From the IMG/VR virus record IMGVR_UViG_3300034989_000047, positions 1-64,000 of that record: a DNA stretch of 64,000 nucleotides. One strand, given 5' to 3'. The DNA is from a virus. Lineage: Duplodnaviria > Caudoviricetes. A program made the position numbers and the translations under genes. Below are positions 1 to 8,498 of the stretch, in pieces; position 1 is the first letter of the stretch, and every line of letters begins with the position of its first letter. The notes beneath the pieces were generated by a model. The model saw only the letters and a list, made by a program, of their open reading frames with translations. It was not told where the DNA came from and made no database searches.

Positions 1-271
1 AAATCTTAAGGGCTTGTTTTGTCGATTTCCTGTATAGTGGTGCAGGGGATTGGGGAGAAAACGCCTAAAACGACCCTTTAACTATTCCAGATATTTGGGC
101 TAAAAATGGGGATTGACGTCATTGGGGGGATGTGGGCAATGACGGGGAAGAAATATGCTGATTTTCCGCTTTATGTTGCCCATTTTGACAATACTTGTAG
201 GCTATTGATATTATTGCCGAATTCCCGAAATACCTTGGTATTGTAATTTATAACAAAGATAGGTGCTGTGA

Positions 272-389
272 AATGAGACACTTTTTTGGAATCTAATGAT
301 TTCGAGGGTTTACGCGATTTGGGTGCCAATTTGCCCTATAGGGGAAACACCCAAAACTTCCCTTCGAAATCGTCCAAAAGTGTCTCATT
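272..389. repeat. Long imperfect inverted repeat / stem-loop
   Basis: Nested arms: AATGAGACACTTTT..TGGA / TCCAAAAGTGTCTCATT, GATTTCGAGGG / CCCTTCGAAATC, TTTGGGTG / CACCCAAA, with CCCTATAGGG in the loop. Confidence 0.85.
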
Positions 390-565
390 ATTTTCTTGAC
401 AAAACCTGCCCCATTAATTGTCAGGTTGGCATGTTTCTTGACAGAACCCTATTCCAATGCCATCAAATCCAATGATAATAGGTACTTAGACTTGATTTCG
501 ATTGCTTAAAACCTTATATTGTCCCTATGATTGATGATAATATCATTAATTCTAAAGGAGGGACC

Positions 566-904
566 ATGACGCGAAATGAGATTTTCCGAAAAATGATTTC
601 TTGGGCTAAAGAGGAAGGATCGTCCAAATCATTCCTGACCGTAATTCAATTTACGCAATTTTTGCCGGACGGATGCACCGCTGATATTATCGAACTGTCT
701 CCCGAGATATTGACGCCAAAAGGACGCTTGTGTGCCCCTGTCCGCCGCGCTATTGACGCCATTATCAAAAATAAGAATGATTTTACGATTCAAGAGATTC
801 TGGCGAGTGATTTTTCTCCCGATGCCGATCACCCCCTGTACCAATATGATGCCCGCTCCCCTGGACAATTCGGACGCCTCCCCGACGATCCTTCCGATTT
901 CTAA
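566..904 (+). CDS. Hypothetical protein
   Basis: ORF 527..904; AAAGGAGG RBS precedes ATG at 566; no recognised motif. Confidence 0.65.
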   Translation: MTRNEIFRKMISWAKEEGSSKSFLTVIQFTQFLPDGCTADIIELSPEILTPKGRLCAPVRRAIDAIIKNKNDFTIQEILASDFSPDADHPLYQYDARSPGQFGRLPDDPSDF

Positions 905-935
905 GCACCCTACCTACCTCGTAATACTCTGACAT

Positions 936-1032
936 ACCCCTGCCTACAGGGGTGCAAGGTGCCCCACCTTGTCCTACATGTAGGATGCCCCTCCGATTCG
1001 CGGGGGAAAACGCGCCGGGGAGGGGGATCCCC
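936..1032. repeat. Cluster of abutting palindromes/hairpins
   Basis: ACCCCTG-ccta-CAGGGGT (936-953), CAAGGTG-ccc-CACCTTG (955-971), TCCTACATGTAGGA (972-985), GGGGATCCCC (1023-1032). Confidence 0.8.
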
Positions 1033-1111
1033 TAGAGAGACATATAGGGATAGACTATATAGGGGATATATAGATAGACACTCATTCGATCACCTTCTAG
1101 GGGATTCATTA

Positions 1112-1288
1112 GTTTATTCTTGACAGGGTTTTTACTTGACTCGCGTATTTCGACCTATTCCCTACCCCCTCTATTCCACTACTTAATATTCGGACTATGT
1201 GGTTTATTCTTGACATCCAATCCATTAATCTACCCCTGCAATGCCCTGTTCAAAATAAAGATGCGATTCATTTGGTTTATTCTTGACA
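1112..1288 (+). repeat. Three copies of GTTTATTCTTGACA (contains -35 consensus TTGACA)
   Basis: Exact copies at 1112-1125, 1202-1215 and 1275-1288. Confidence 0.85.
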
Positions 1289-1414
1289 ATGGAAATATGT
1301 CTTGCCTGATGGGTTTGCCACAGCATATCGTACCTATCCTATCTGGGGGGTATGCACTACCAATACTCAATTATGTATTACATTCTTTGGGGGGATGCTA
1401 CGGGTTAAGGTGCT

Positions 1415-1690
1415 TTTCGCCCTTTATTTATAGGGGGTATATGACGTGCCTACCCTGCCAAAGGGCCTGTCCCTATTGCTCTAAATGATGTTGCCGGCTA
1501 ATGCTCGTACCCCTATTTCGCCCTTTATCCATAGGGGGTATATGAGATACGTATACCCTCCATACTACTATGGATATTGACTCAAAGTCAGATTAGTTGA
1601 TTTTAATCAATCTCTATATCGTCCTTTATTCATAGGGGGTATATGATGATCGTAATTCACTATCGTCCTTTATTCATAGGGGGTATACGA
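1415..1690 (+). repeat. Four 30-bp direct repeats TWTCGYCCTTTATYYATAGGGGGTATAYGA
   Basis: Copies at 1415-1444, 1516-1545, 1617-1646 and 1661-1690; partial fifth copy at 1795-1809. Confidence 0.9.
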
Positions 1691-2293
1691 AGATTTTTTA
1701 TGTGCCCCCTACCACATGTATGATTATGCCTTGTCAAGGCTTTCTGCATGGGCACACAAACATGGAATCTAGAAATCATAGGTCTAGGCCAATGTTCATA
1801 GGGGGCATAGCCTGGGCATACTGGTCGTTACGGTCAGGTCAGGCTTATATACCCCAATAGAATTAGGGGCTGTGGCGCATTGGCTTTGGTTAGGTTTAAC
1901 CTTTAAGTGCGGTATTTGGCTGCGGTGGGCCACCCTACAGTTTCGCTGGGAGGGGGCTGGTGGAGGCGTGCAGTCTGAGGGGGGTATGCAGTCAGAGATG
2001 GTTAATTGGTGGTAGTGGTGGTGTGGGTAGTAGTATGTGGAAGGTTGGGGTAATTATCTGTAGTTAGGGGGAGATTGGGGGGAGAGGTTGTTATTGGGGG
2101 AGAGGTTGTTATGGGGGGAATGTGTAGGGACGGGGGGGGAGAGGGTTCTCTAGGTGTGTTGGGGGGAATGGTTTGGGAGTATCCTAGTTATGTTAATGTT
2201 ATTAGATGTTTGTGTGGAGTATTTACATTTGATGATACTTAATGTATGTTATGTCGATTTAATGTTTATATTCTAAACCAAATAAAGGAGGTT

Positions 2294-2665
2294 ATGATGA
2301 GTCCGAAAATTAGTGTAGATAATATTGCTTGGATTGCCCATGAGGTTGAATGTATGTATTGTGTAGTGATTGGGAAGCGGGTAGAAGCTGGGTGGGAATA
2401 TTTGGATAAGGAGAGTATCAAAGATATTAAAGAGGGGGTTAAGTTTATAATCGAGAACCCGGAATTAACGCCTAAGGTTATGCACAAGATGTGGGTAGAG
2501 AAGATGGAGAAGGAGGGTTGGAAGTACGGGCCTAAGGTAGATATGGAGGCGAAGGTTCATCCGGATTTAGCGGAGTACGGAGCGCGTCCTAGGTGGATGA
2601 GGATGAGGGACCAGTTAGTTAGCGTTACGATTAGGACGTTGTTAGGTATAGGGGTAGATGAGTAA
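2294..2665 (+). CDS. RyR-domain protein (array copy 1)
   Basis: AAAGGAGG RBS; motif HKMWVEKMEKEGWKYGPKVDMEAKVHPDLAEY..RD. Confidence 0.85.
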   Translation: MMSPKISVDNIAWIAHEVECMYCVVIGKRVEAGWEYLDKESIKDIKEGVKFIIENPELTPKVMHKMWVEKMEKEGWKYGPKVDMEAKVHPDLAEYGARPRWMRMRDQLVSVTIRTLLGIGVDE

Positions 2666-2880
2666 TGGTTGACCTAGAGATGGTTGGTTATGAGGAGCCC
2701 GAGGATATACCGACGTGTGGTGAGTATTCGGTTTGGACGGATTGCGGATATGAGTTTGATTGTGAGTACGGGCCGCCGTGGAATTGTGAGGAGTGTTTAG
2801 TGAATTGGGATATAGGAGGTGTGTATGATCCCAGGTGTCCGGAGGACTATCGGAGGTATGAAGGAGAAGAGAGTGAGTAG
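2665..2880 (+). CDS. Small acidic Cys-rich protein
   Basis: Overlaps stop/start of both neighbours; 6 Cys including CEEC; very D/E-rich. Confidence 0.7.
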   Translation: MVDLEMVGYEEPEDIPTCGEYSVWTDCGYEFDCEYGPPWNCEECLVNWDIGGVYDPRCPEDYRRYEGEESE

Positions 2881-3242
2881 TGATGAATTCTATTATTAGT
2901 ACCGATGAGATAGCGGTTATAGTTTACGAGGCCACCAGGATTTTTGGTAGTTTCTTTGGGGATGTTGTGTGGCCTAGGGTGGAGGAGGCACCGGAGTGGA
3001 GGCTTAAGGGAGTTAAATTTGGGGTGGAGCGTTTCGTGAAGAATCCGGACATTACTTCAAGGGAGGTGCACAGTAATTGGGTGTGGGAGATGGTATTATC
3101 GGGTTGGAGGTGGGGTAGGGAGTTGGATGTTATTAAGATGACGCATCCCGATTTAGTTGATTATGATCGGTTATCTATTCAGCAGAAGGTTCGATATAGG
3201 TTGACGGAGGTTATAACTAAAACTTTGTTAGGCGCACTATAG
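2880..3242 (+). CDS. RyR-domain protein (copy 2)
   Basis: HSNWVWEMVLSGWRWGRELDVIKMTHPDLVDYDRL. Confidence 0.85.
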   Translation: MMNSIISTDEIAVIVYEATRIFGSFFGDVVWPRVEEAPEWRLKGVKFGVERFVKNPDITSREVHSNWVWEMVLSGWRWGRELDVIKMTHPDLVDYDRLSIQQKVRYRLTEVITKTLLGAL

Positions 3243-3249
3243 TGGAGGA

Positions 3250-4038
3250 GTGATGGAATATCTTATTAGTAAAGATGAGATAGCTCATATTGTTTATGAA
3301 GCTGATCGTATTTATCGTAAGGCTTTAGGGGAGAGGCCGCGCCCGGCATGGGAAGGTGCACTTGACTGGGAAGTCCAGATAGCTAAGGAAGGAGTTAATA
3401 CTATTATAAGGAACCCGGAGTATAGTTCTGAGGTAGCTCACGATGAGTGGATGGCTTTCATGAAGGAGCGCGGGTGGACGTACGGTATGAAATTGGACAG
3501 GGAAAGAAAGGAGCATCCAGATATAGTAGAGTATAGAAGGTTGCCTTCGCAGCAGAGGGTACGGGATACGTTAGTTGACGTTTTAGTCAGGACGTTGTTA
3601 GGGAGGGAGACCCGGCTCTCTAGTCGGAGGGCGGTACACTTTAATTTAAATCAGGAGTTAGTAATGAAACCCGTTATCGAGGTAGATGAAATCGCACATA
3701 TTATTTACGAAGTTAATCGTCTTTTTTGCGAGGCGTTGGGGGACCATTCTCAGCCCAGGTGGGCGGACGTACAGAACTGGCAGGTTAAGTCGATTAAGAA
3801 CGGTATAAGTAGAGTTGTGATTAATCCGAGTCTTACGCCCGAGAAGAGTCACAAGAATTGGTTACGGGATATGGAGCTAGACGGTTGGAAGTACGGGGAG
3901 AAGAAGGATGTAGAGAAGAAAGAGCATCCGTGTATGGTGGAGTACGAGAAGTTGCCGGAGGAGCAAAGGGTGAAGGACAAGTTGTTTACGTCCATCGTAA
4001 AGGCGTTGCTGCGTTTTGAGAGTGCGGACGTAGGGTAA
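3250..4038 (+). CDS. Tandem double RyR-domain protein (copy 3)
   Basis: Two full repeats: GWTYGMKLDRERKEHPDIVEY and SHKNW..GWKYGEKKDVEKKEHPCMVEYEKLPEEQRVKD. Confidence 0.9.
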   Translation: MMEYLISKDEIAHIVYEADRIYRKALGERPRPAWEGALDWEVQIAKEGVNTIIRNPEYSSEVAHDEWMAFMKERGWTYGMKLDRERKEHPDIVEYRRLPSQQRVRDTLVDVLVRTLLGRETRLSSRRAVHFNLNQELVMKPVIEVDEIAHIIYEVNRLFCEALGDHSQPRWADVQNWQVKSIKNGISRVVINPSLTPEKSHKNWLRDMELDGWKYGEKKDVEKKEHPCMVEYEKLPEEQRVKDKLFTSIVKALLRFESADVG

Positions 4039-4139
4039 GATTCTACAGGTTTATCAAGTCTTCGTAATTCATTTAGAAGTACGTAGGAAGTCTGCGTTCT
4101 AGGAGTAGAGCTCTGGGTGAGGATATAGGAGGGGTTGGT

Positions 4140-5057
4140 TTAGAGGCAGGTCGGCAGGAGTTGGGCGATATTAATCAGGGTATCGACGCGTTCGGCGAGG
4201 TCTTGACGGTTGATAAGGATAGCGTCTTGTTTTCGTTCTTCGAGTTCGTTGAGGATTTGTTCACGGCCTAGGCCGGCGATGAGTGCGACGCCTCGGAATA
4301 CGAGGGCTTGGTCGTTCACTTCGGGGATAGCCTGTACGTAGTCGTTCGCGAGTTTATCCATAAGCGGGTAGATGACGTTTTGCGAGCAGTTCATCACTTC
4401 GGGGAGGATGAGGTTCACGGAGTAGCAGGTACCGCAGGACTCGACGGGGAGCATAACGGTTGAAGTTTCTTCATTTTTTCCGTGGCAGCAGCGAGCCCAA
4501 ATCCGGTAGCAGCCCGGGGGGACATCGAGTTCTACGTGGTTGATGTATTGACCTGCGGGCGGATAGATTTTGATGCGATAGGCGCCGTGGTAGTATCGGG
4601 TAGAGATTTCGTATCCGGAGCCGGGGGTGGGGGTGGAGAATTGGAGGTCGGAGTCGGTATCGATATTGATGAATTGAGACGGTCCTTTATCGAGGGTTGT
4701 GAGGACGATTTGGTCGTTATCGAAGTCGAGGTTCACATTGATGTTGGTGAAGTAGGCTTTGAGGGCGTTGAAGATTTCGGCTTTGGTGGTGCAGCTGGTT
4801 GTGATGTTAAGGGTTAGGGATGAGGTGTTGGTGGTGATGGTAATGTAGCGACCGGACTGGTCGGGCAGCGGGTAGTTTGACAAGTCGACGGCGGAGGCCG
4901 GGGTAGCGTATCGAGATTTCAGCTGCTCGAGCAGGGGGAAGACGGAGTAGAGTGGGGTGCCGTTGCAATACTGGACGACCAGGTCGAGAAGCCAGCAGTT
5001 GGTGAGAGGCACGCAGTTGTAGTCACGAAGCCAAACGTTCAGGCGAGAAGTTCCCAT
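4140..5057 (-). CDS. Cys-rich hypothetical protein with a central beta-domain resembling a tail-sheath insert
   Basis: 305-aa ORF; AAGGAG RBS upstream on the minus strand; the only convincing minus-strand gene in the window. Confidence 0.75.
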   Translation of the reverse strand: MGTSRLNVWLRDYNCVPLTNCWLLDLVVQYCNGTPLYSVFPLLEQLKSRYATPASAVDLSNYPLPDQSGRYITITTNTSSLTLNITTSCTTKAEIFNALKAYFTNINVNLDFDNDQIVLTTLDKGPSQFINIDTDSDLQFSTPTPGSGYEISTRYYHGAYRIKIYPPAGQYINHVELDVPPGCYRIWARCCHGKNEETSTVMLPVESCGTCYSVNLILPEVMNCSQNVIYPLMDKLANDYVQAIPEVNDQALVFRGVALIAGLGREQILNELEERKQDAILINRQDLAERVDTLINIAQLLPTCL

Positions 5058-5184
5058 AGTGTATCTCCTTGGTTATGGGTTGGTGATGGGGCATGATAGG
5101 ATTTATTCTTTTATTGTGCAAATGTATTTGAGGAAGTTTTCGGAAGTTATCCGTGTATTTGGGACTTATGGGCTTTGCAGGTTT

Positions 5185-5225
5185 ATTTTATTGTGTATTT
5201 TATTGTGTATTTTATTGTGTATTTT
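5185..5225. repeat. 12-bp tandem repeat (ATTTTATTGTGT)x3
   Basis: Directly visible in the AT-rich spacer between divergent genes. Confidence 0.9.
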
Positions 5226-5328
5226 TAAGGAGTTATGGAAGTTAATAATATTTGATAAAAATTTATGTGCGTGTTACTATAATTATATTCGATTAATTCG
5301 GATAACAACCAAGGCAAGGAGGGAACCA

Positions 5329-5547
5329 ATGCACTATTGTTGCGGGGATTATGTCATTATCCCTAGTTGTGACGACAGATTTATCGTTGTTGCGAGGTCT
5401 AGGTGGCATGACTATCTGGAGGCAGATATTTTGCTGTCCGCAGACAGTTTACGAAGAGCAGTAAAGTGGGTTGACCGTGCGGTTAGGATTGACTTAGGGA
5501 TTACTAGCAGAGGCTTCGTAAATGGATATGAAGTCTGTAGGCTTTAG
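5329..5547 (+). CDS. Small hypothetical protein
   Basis: AGGAGG RBS before ATG at 5329; the upstream part of ORF 5059 crosses repeat DNA and is probably non-coding. Confidence 0.55.
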   Translation: MHYCCGDYVIIPSCDDRFIVVARSRWHDYLEADILLSADSLRRAVKWVDRAVRIDLGITSRGFVNGYEVCRL

Positions 5548-5620
5548 CTAGAAGGGATCATCGAGTCTTTAAAGGATAATTGATTATCCTTTAATTAATA
5601 CAGGAAGGAGGTTTGTAACC

Positions 5621-6541
5621 ATGACTACAAACCGAGTTGAAGAAGAAGTAGTGGAGTTCGAAATAACTCCTAGGCAGTTAGAAGAATATAGCTCCAGGTA
5701 TGAGAGAGTCATGATAGATCTTATATTTAATAAGAAGATCATGGATAGCTTGGGGCGAATGCTTATTGAGCGGGTGGAGGGGGTGCAGGCTTATAATCAG
5801 TATATGGAGTTCACTGGCAGGTTGGATTTTGTTTTACTTATGATGGAGGTCATAGGCAAAACCGTTGAATGGAAGTCGTTAGAAATTTTAGAGCTTCCGA
5901 GTGAGGAGGCGGTTAAGAATGCTATGACTGTCACTGCCGAGATATTGAGTTGTCCGGGCAAATCTGTTCGAAGCATTAGTAGTAGCGTATGGAAGAGCTT
6001 CGATGAAATATCCCGTCGGGAGCAGGCACGGTACTTGCTTCTGGACCTAATGATTAAGGAAGTATGTAAGTTTCCTTATCGAGTAAAGACCGAAGTGGAG
6101 CCAAAAGTAACGGAGGATATGCGTTTATTATTCTATCGACTATTACAAATACAGAATACGCCGAGGGATCGCTCAATTAAGGATGCTCCCGGAGTCCCGG
6201 TAGTGTCACGTATTCATACTCTTATATGGTTGATGGCCAAGCTTTTACGGGTGGTGTCCAGTTCGAGGCCAAAGCCATTGACCCGGGATTTTGTGGTGGG
6301 ATATTCAACGGAGGTTTTGCGTATTTTGGAAAACCCTCTTAGGGGGCAAGAGGAGAGGTATCTTAGGAGAGTTAAAGAACTAACTAAAGATGGGTGGACT
6401 TTAGGTAATAGAGTTGACGTAGGGAGGAAGACAACTCCCTGGTTAATACCTTTTGAGGAGGCCCCGGTTGCCGCATTGCAACGAGACCGGGTAATGTGGG
6501 CGATTGTTTTATTGATTATCGGGTATTACGAGTGTTTTTAG
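5621..6541 (+). CDS. Long degenerate RyR-domain protein (copy 4)
   Basis: C-terminal DGWTLGNRVDVGRKTTPWLIPFEE..RD; paralogous over its length to the next two genes. Confidence 0.8.
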   Translation: MTTNRVEEEVVEFEITPRQLEEYSSRYERVMIDLIFNKKIMDSLGRMLIERVEGVQAYNQYMEFTGRLDFVLLMMEVIGKTVEWKSLEILELPSEEAVKNAMTVTAEILSCPGKSVRSISSSVWKSFDEISRREQARYLLLDLMIKEVCKFPYRVKTEVEPKVTEDMRLLFYRLLQIQNTPRDRSIKDAPGVPVVSRIHTLIWLMAKLLRVVSSSRPKPLTRDFVVGYSTEVLRILENPLRGQEERYLRRVKELTKDGWTLGNRVDVGRKTTPWLIPFEEAPVAALQRDRVMWAIVLLIIGYYECF

Positions 6542-6584
6542 AAGGTTGAGAAGAAATGTTATAAAGAAAGGGAGGTTTGTATTT

Positions 6585-7505
6585 ATGGATGCGACTGTAA
6601 ATGAAGAAGAGGTATTGGGAGTTGAGTATACAAAGGAACAGTTGGATGAGTATCGGAGGGATTCCGAGGGGATTATTCTTAATGTGTTGGACGACCAGGA
6701 GTTTATAACAGGGATATGGAAGAAGTTGGCGTGTTCGCCTATTGGGGGTGCTGCTTGTGACCAATTTATGTGCATGATTAATTGCCCGGATTTGATTATG
6801 TTATTGTTGAGGGTCATCGAAAAGACGGCTGAGTGGGAAGACCCAGGGCCGTTGAGGCCTGTAAGTGCCGAGACTGTAAGGTACACCCTAAGGATGCTTT
6901 CCGAAATTCTGAGTAATCCGGAGAAGTCGGTTCGGGAGTTGGATAGCAGTGAAGTGGGGACATTCTCTGAGTGGCCAGAGAGGATACAGGTGAAGTATTT
7001 ATTTTTTGAGTTGTTGATTAAGCAAAGATTTAATTTGCCCCGCAAGCCGGTAAGCCGGGAGACCCTTGTGTTGAGTCGGAGGGCTTGTGATTTGATGGGC
7101 CGCATGAAGGGGGTTACGATCATGCAGCAGTTAGGCTCATTACAAGGAGTTCTTGGGTTAGACGTTCTCTTGAGAATGCATACCATAATGGGCCTTATGG
7201 CTAAGATATTCAATGCTAATCCTATTTATATGTACACTCCTTTGTTACCCAGGTTTGCGGTTGGCTATGCGATAGACGTTCTCCAGGTCTTATCAAGTTT
7301 AAGGCTTTCTGTAGAGCAGAGGCATAACCGTAGAGCTGAGGGGCTATTGGATGCTGGGTGGAAGTCGGGTAAGGTGCTTGATATAGATAATAAGATTACT
7401 CATATAGTTGACCCCTTTTCAAAGTTGTCCGGGAAGATTCAGCAGAGAGAAATACTGATGGAAGCTGTAGTGTTCACCCTAGCGGGGCTAGGGCAGTATA
7501 TCTAA
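6585..7505 (+). CDS. Long degenerate RyR-domain protein (copy 5)
   Basis: GGAGG RBS; HNRRAEGLLDAGWKSGKVLDIDNKITHIVDPFSKL. Confidence 0.8.
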   Translation: MDATVNEEEVLGVEYTKEQLDEYRRDSEGIILNVLDDQEFITGIWKKLACSPIGGAACDQFMCMINCPDLIMLLLRVIEKTAEWEDPGPLRPVSAETVRYTLRMLSEILSNPEKSVRELDSSEVGTFSEWPERIQVKYLFFELLIKQRFNLPRKPVSRETLVLSRRACDLMGRMKGVTIMQQLGSLQGVLGLDVLLRMHTIMGLMAKIFNANPIYMYTPLLPRFAVGYAIDVLQVLSSLRLSVEQRHNRRAEGLLDAGWKSGKVLDIDNKITHIVDPFSKLSGKIQQREILMEAVVFTLAGLGQYI

Positions 7506-7537
7506 GCAGTCTATCGACAGAATAAGTAACATTATAG

Positions 7538-8464
7538 ATGGAGGGTACGGGCATGAACGGTAAGAAAGTCGTTGGGTTGGAGTTTACACCCGTTCAGCTG
7601 GCAGACTATAGGTTGCACGCCAGACGGTTGATATTAGAAGTGGTGGCTGATTCTAAGTTTATGGAGGGTATTTGGAGTAAGCTGTTGAGTTATCCTGGGG
7701 CATTTGCCTTGGAAAGTTTCATTAGGTTTACTGAAGCTCCGGAAGACTTGCTTTTGGCATTGGAAGTTATGGGTATGACCATCAATGGTTTGGAGTTGGG
7801 TGTATTAAGAAATGTAAGTCGTGAGGGTATACGTAATGTATTTTCGGCAACGGCCAGTATGGTATGTAGTCCTGGAGGTACCGTTAGGGATGCTTGCGAA
7901 GAGATAGCTCCGCCATTCTATTGTTGGCCACACAGGGTTAAGGTTCAGTATTTGTTTCTTGGGCTACTTTTTAAAGAGAAATTCGGTATCCCTTATACCT
8001 TTAGAGCCATTGAAACCACGGAAAATAATAATAGGATTAATCGGTTAGCTTCGGACATATCCGGGGTTATGAGGATACCGGACGAACTTTCCATTGAGGG
8101 AGTTCCGGGGATAGAGTACTTATTGAGGGTGCACACGCTTCTTGGGCTGTTAGCAAGCATTTTTCAGAGCAACCCTTCGTATATTAATACACCGTTAACT
8201 GTGCCTTGTGCTAAGGGTTATGCTGTGGATATGCTGAGGTTGTTGAAGGACTTTAATAGGACTGATGAAGATTTGCATGACGAGAGAGTTGCGGGTCTGT
8301 CTGCTTCTGGGTGGGTTTATGGCAAGGAGTCGGATTATGAAAAGAAGGTTAGTTCTATGTTAGTGCTCTATTACAAACTCCCTGATTTGATTAAAACTCG
8401 CGACAGGTTATTTAGGGCTATCGTTTTAACGTTGGTTGGCTTGGGGGAATATATTCAGAGTTAG
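7538..8464 (+). CDS. Long degenerate RyR-domain protein (copy 6)
   Basis: HDERVAGLSASGWVYGKESDYEKKVSSMLVLYYKLP..RD. Confidence 0.8.
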   Translation: MEGTGMNGKKVVGLEFTPVQLADYRLHARRLILEVVADSKFMEGIWSKLLSYPGAFALESFIRFTEAPEDLLLALEVMGMTINGLELGVLRNVSREGIRNVFSATASMVCSPGGTVRDACEEIAPPFYCWPHRVKVQYLFLGLLFKEKFGIPYTFRAIETTENNNRINRLASDISGVMRIPDELSIEGVPGIEYLLRVHTLLGLLASIFQSNPSYINTPLTVPCAKGYAVDMLRLLKDFNRTDEDLHDERVAGLSASGWVYGKESDYEKKVSSMLVLYYKLPDLIKTRDRLFRAIVLTLVGLGEYIQS

Positions 8465-8498
8465 TCCATAGAATTTATATAGAGAAAGGAAGTAAGTC

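Noticed and set aside
1120-1488. 122-aa ORF
   Set aside because: TTG start inside a repeated motif, no RBS, runs through two non-coding repeat families
1415-1690. CRISPR array
   Set aside because: Spacers of 71, 71 and 14 nt, no typical GAAA(C/G) repeat end and no cas genes in the window; kept as an unexplained repeat
5059-5328. N-terminal extension of ORF 5059..5547
   Set aside because: Crosses the AT-rich divergent spacer and the 12-bp tandem repeat; a good RBS supports ATG 5329 instead
6509-7213. 234-aa minus-strand ORF
   Set aside because: Antisense to RyR copy 5, which has clear paralogue support
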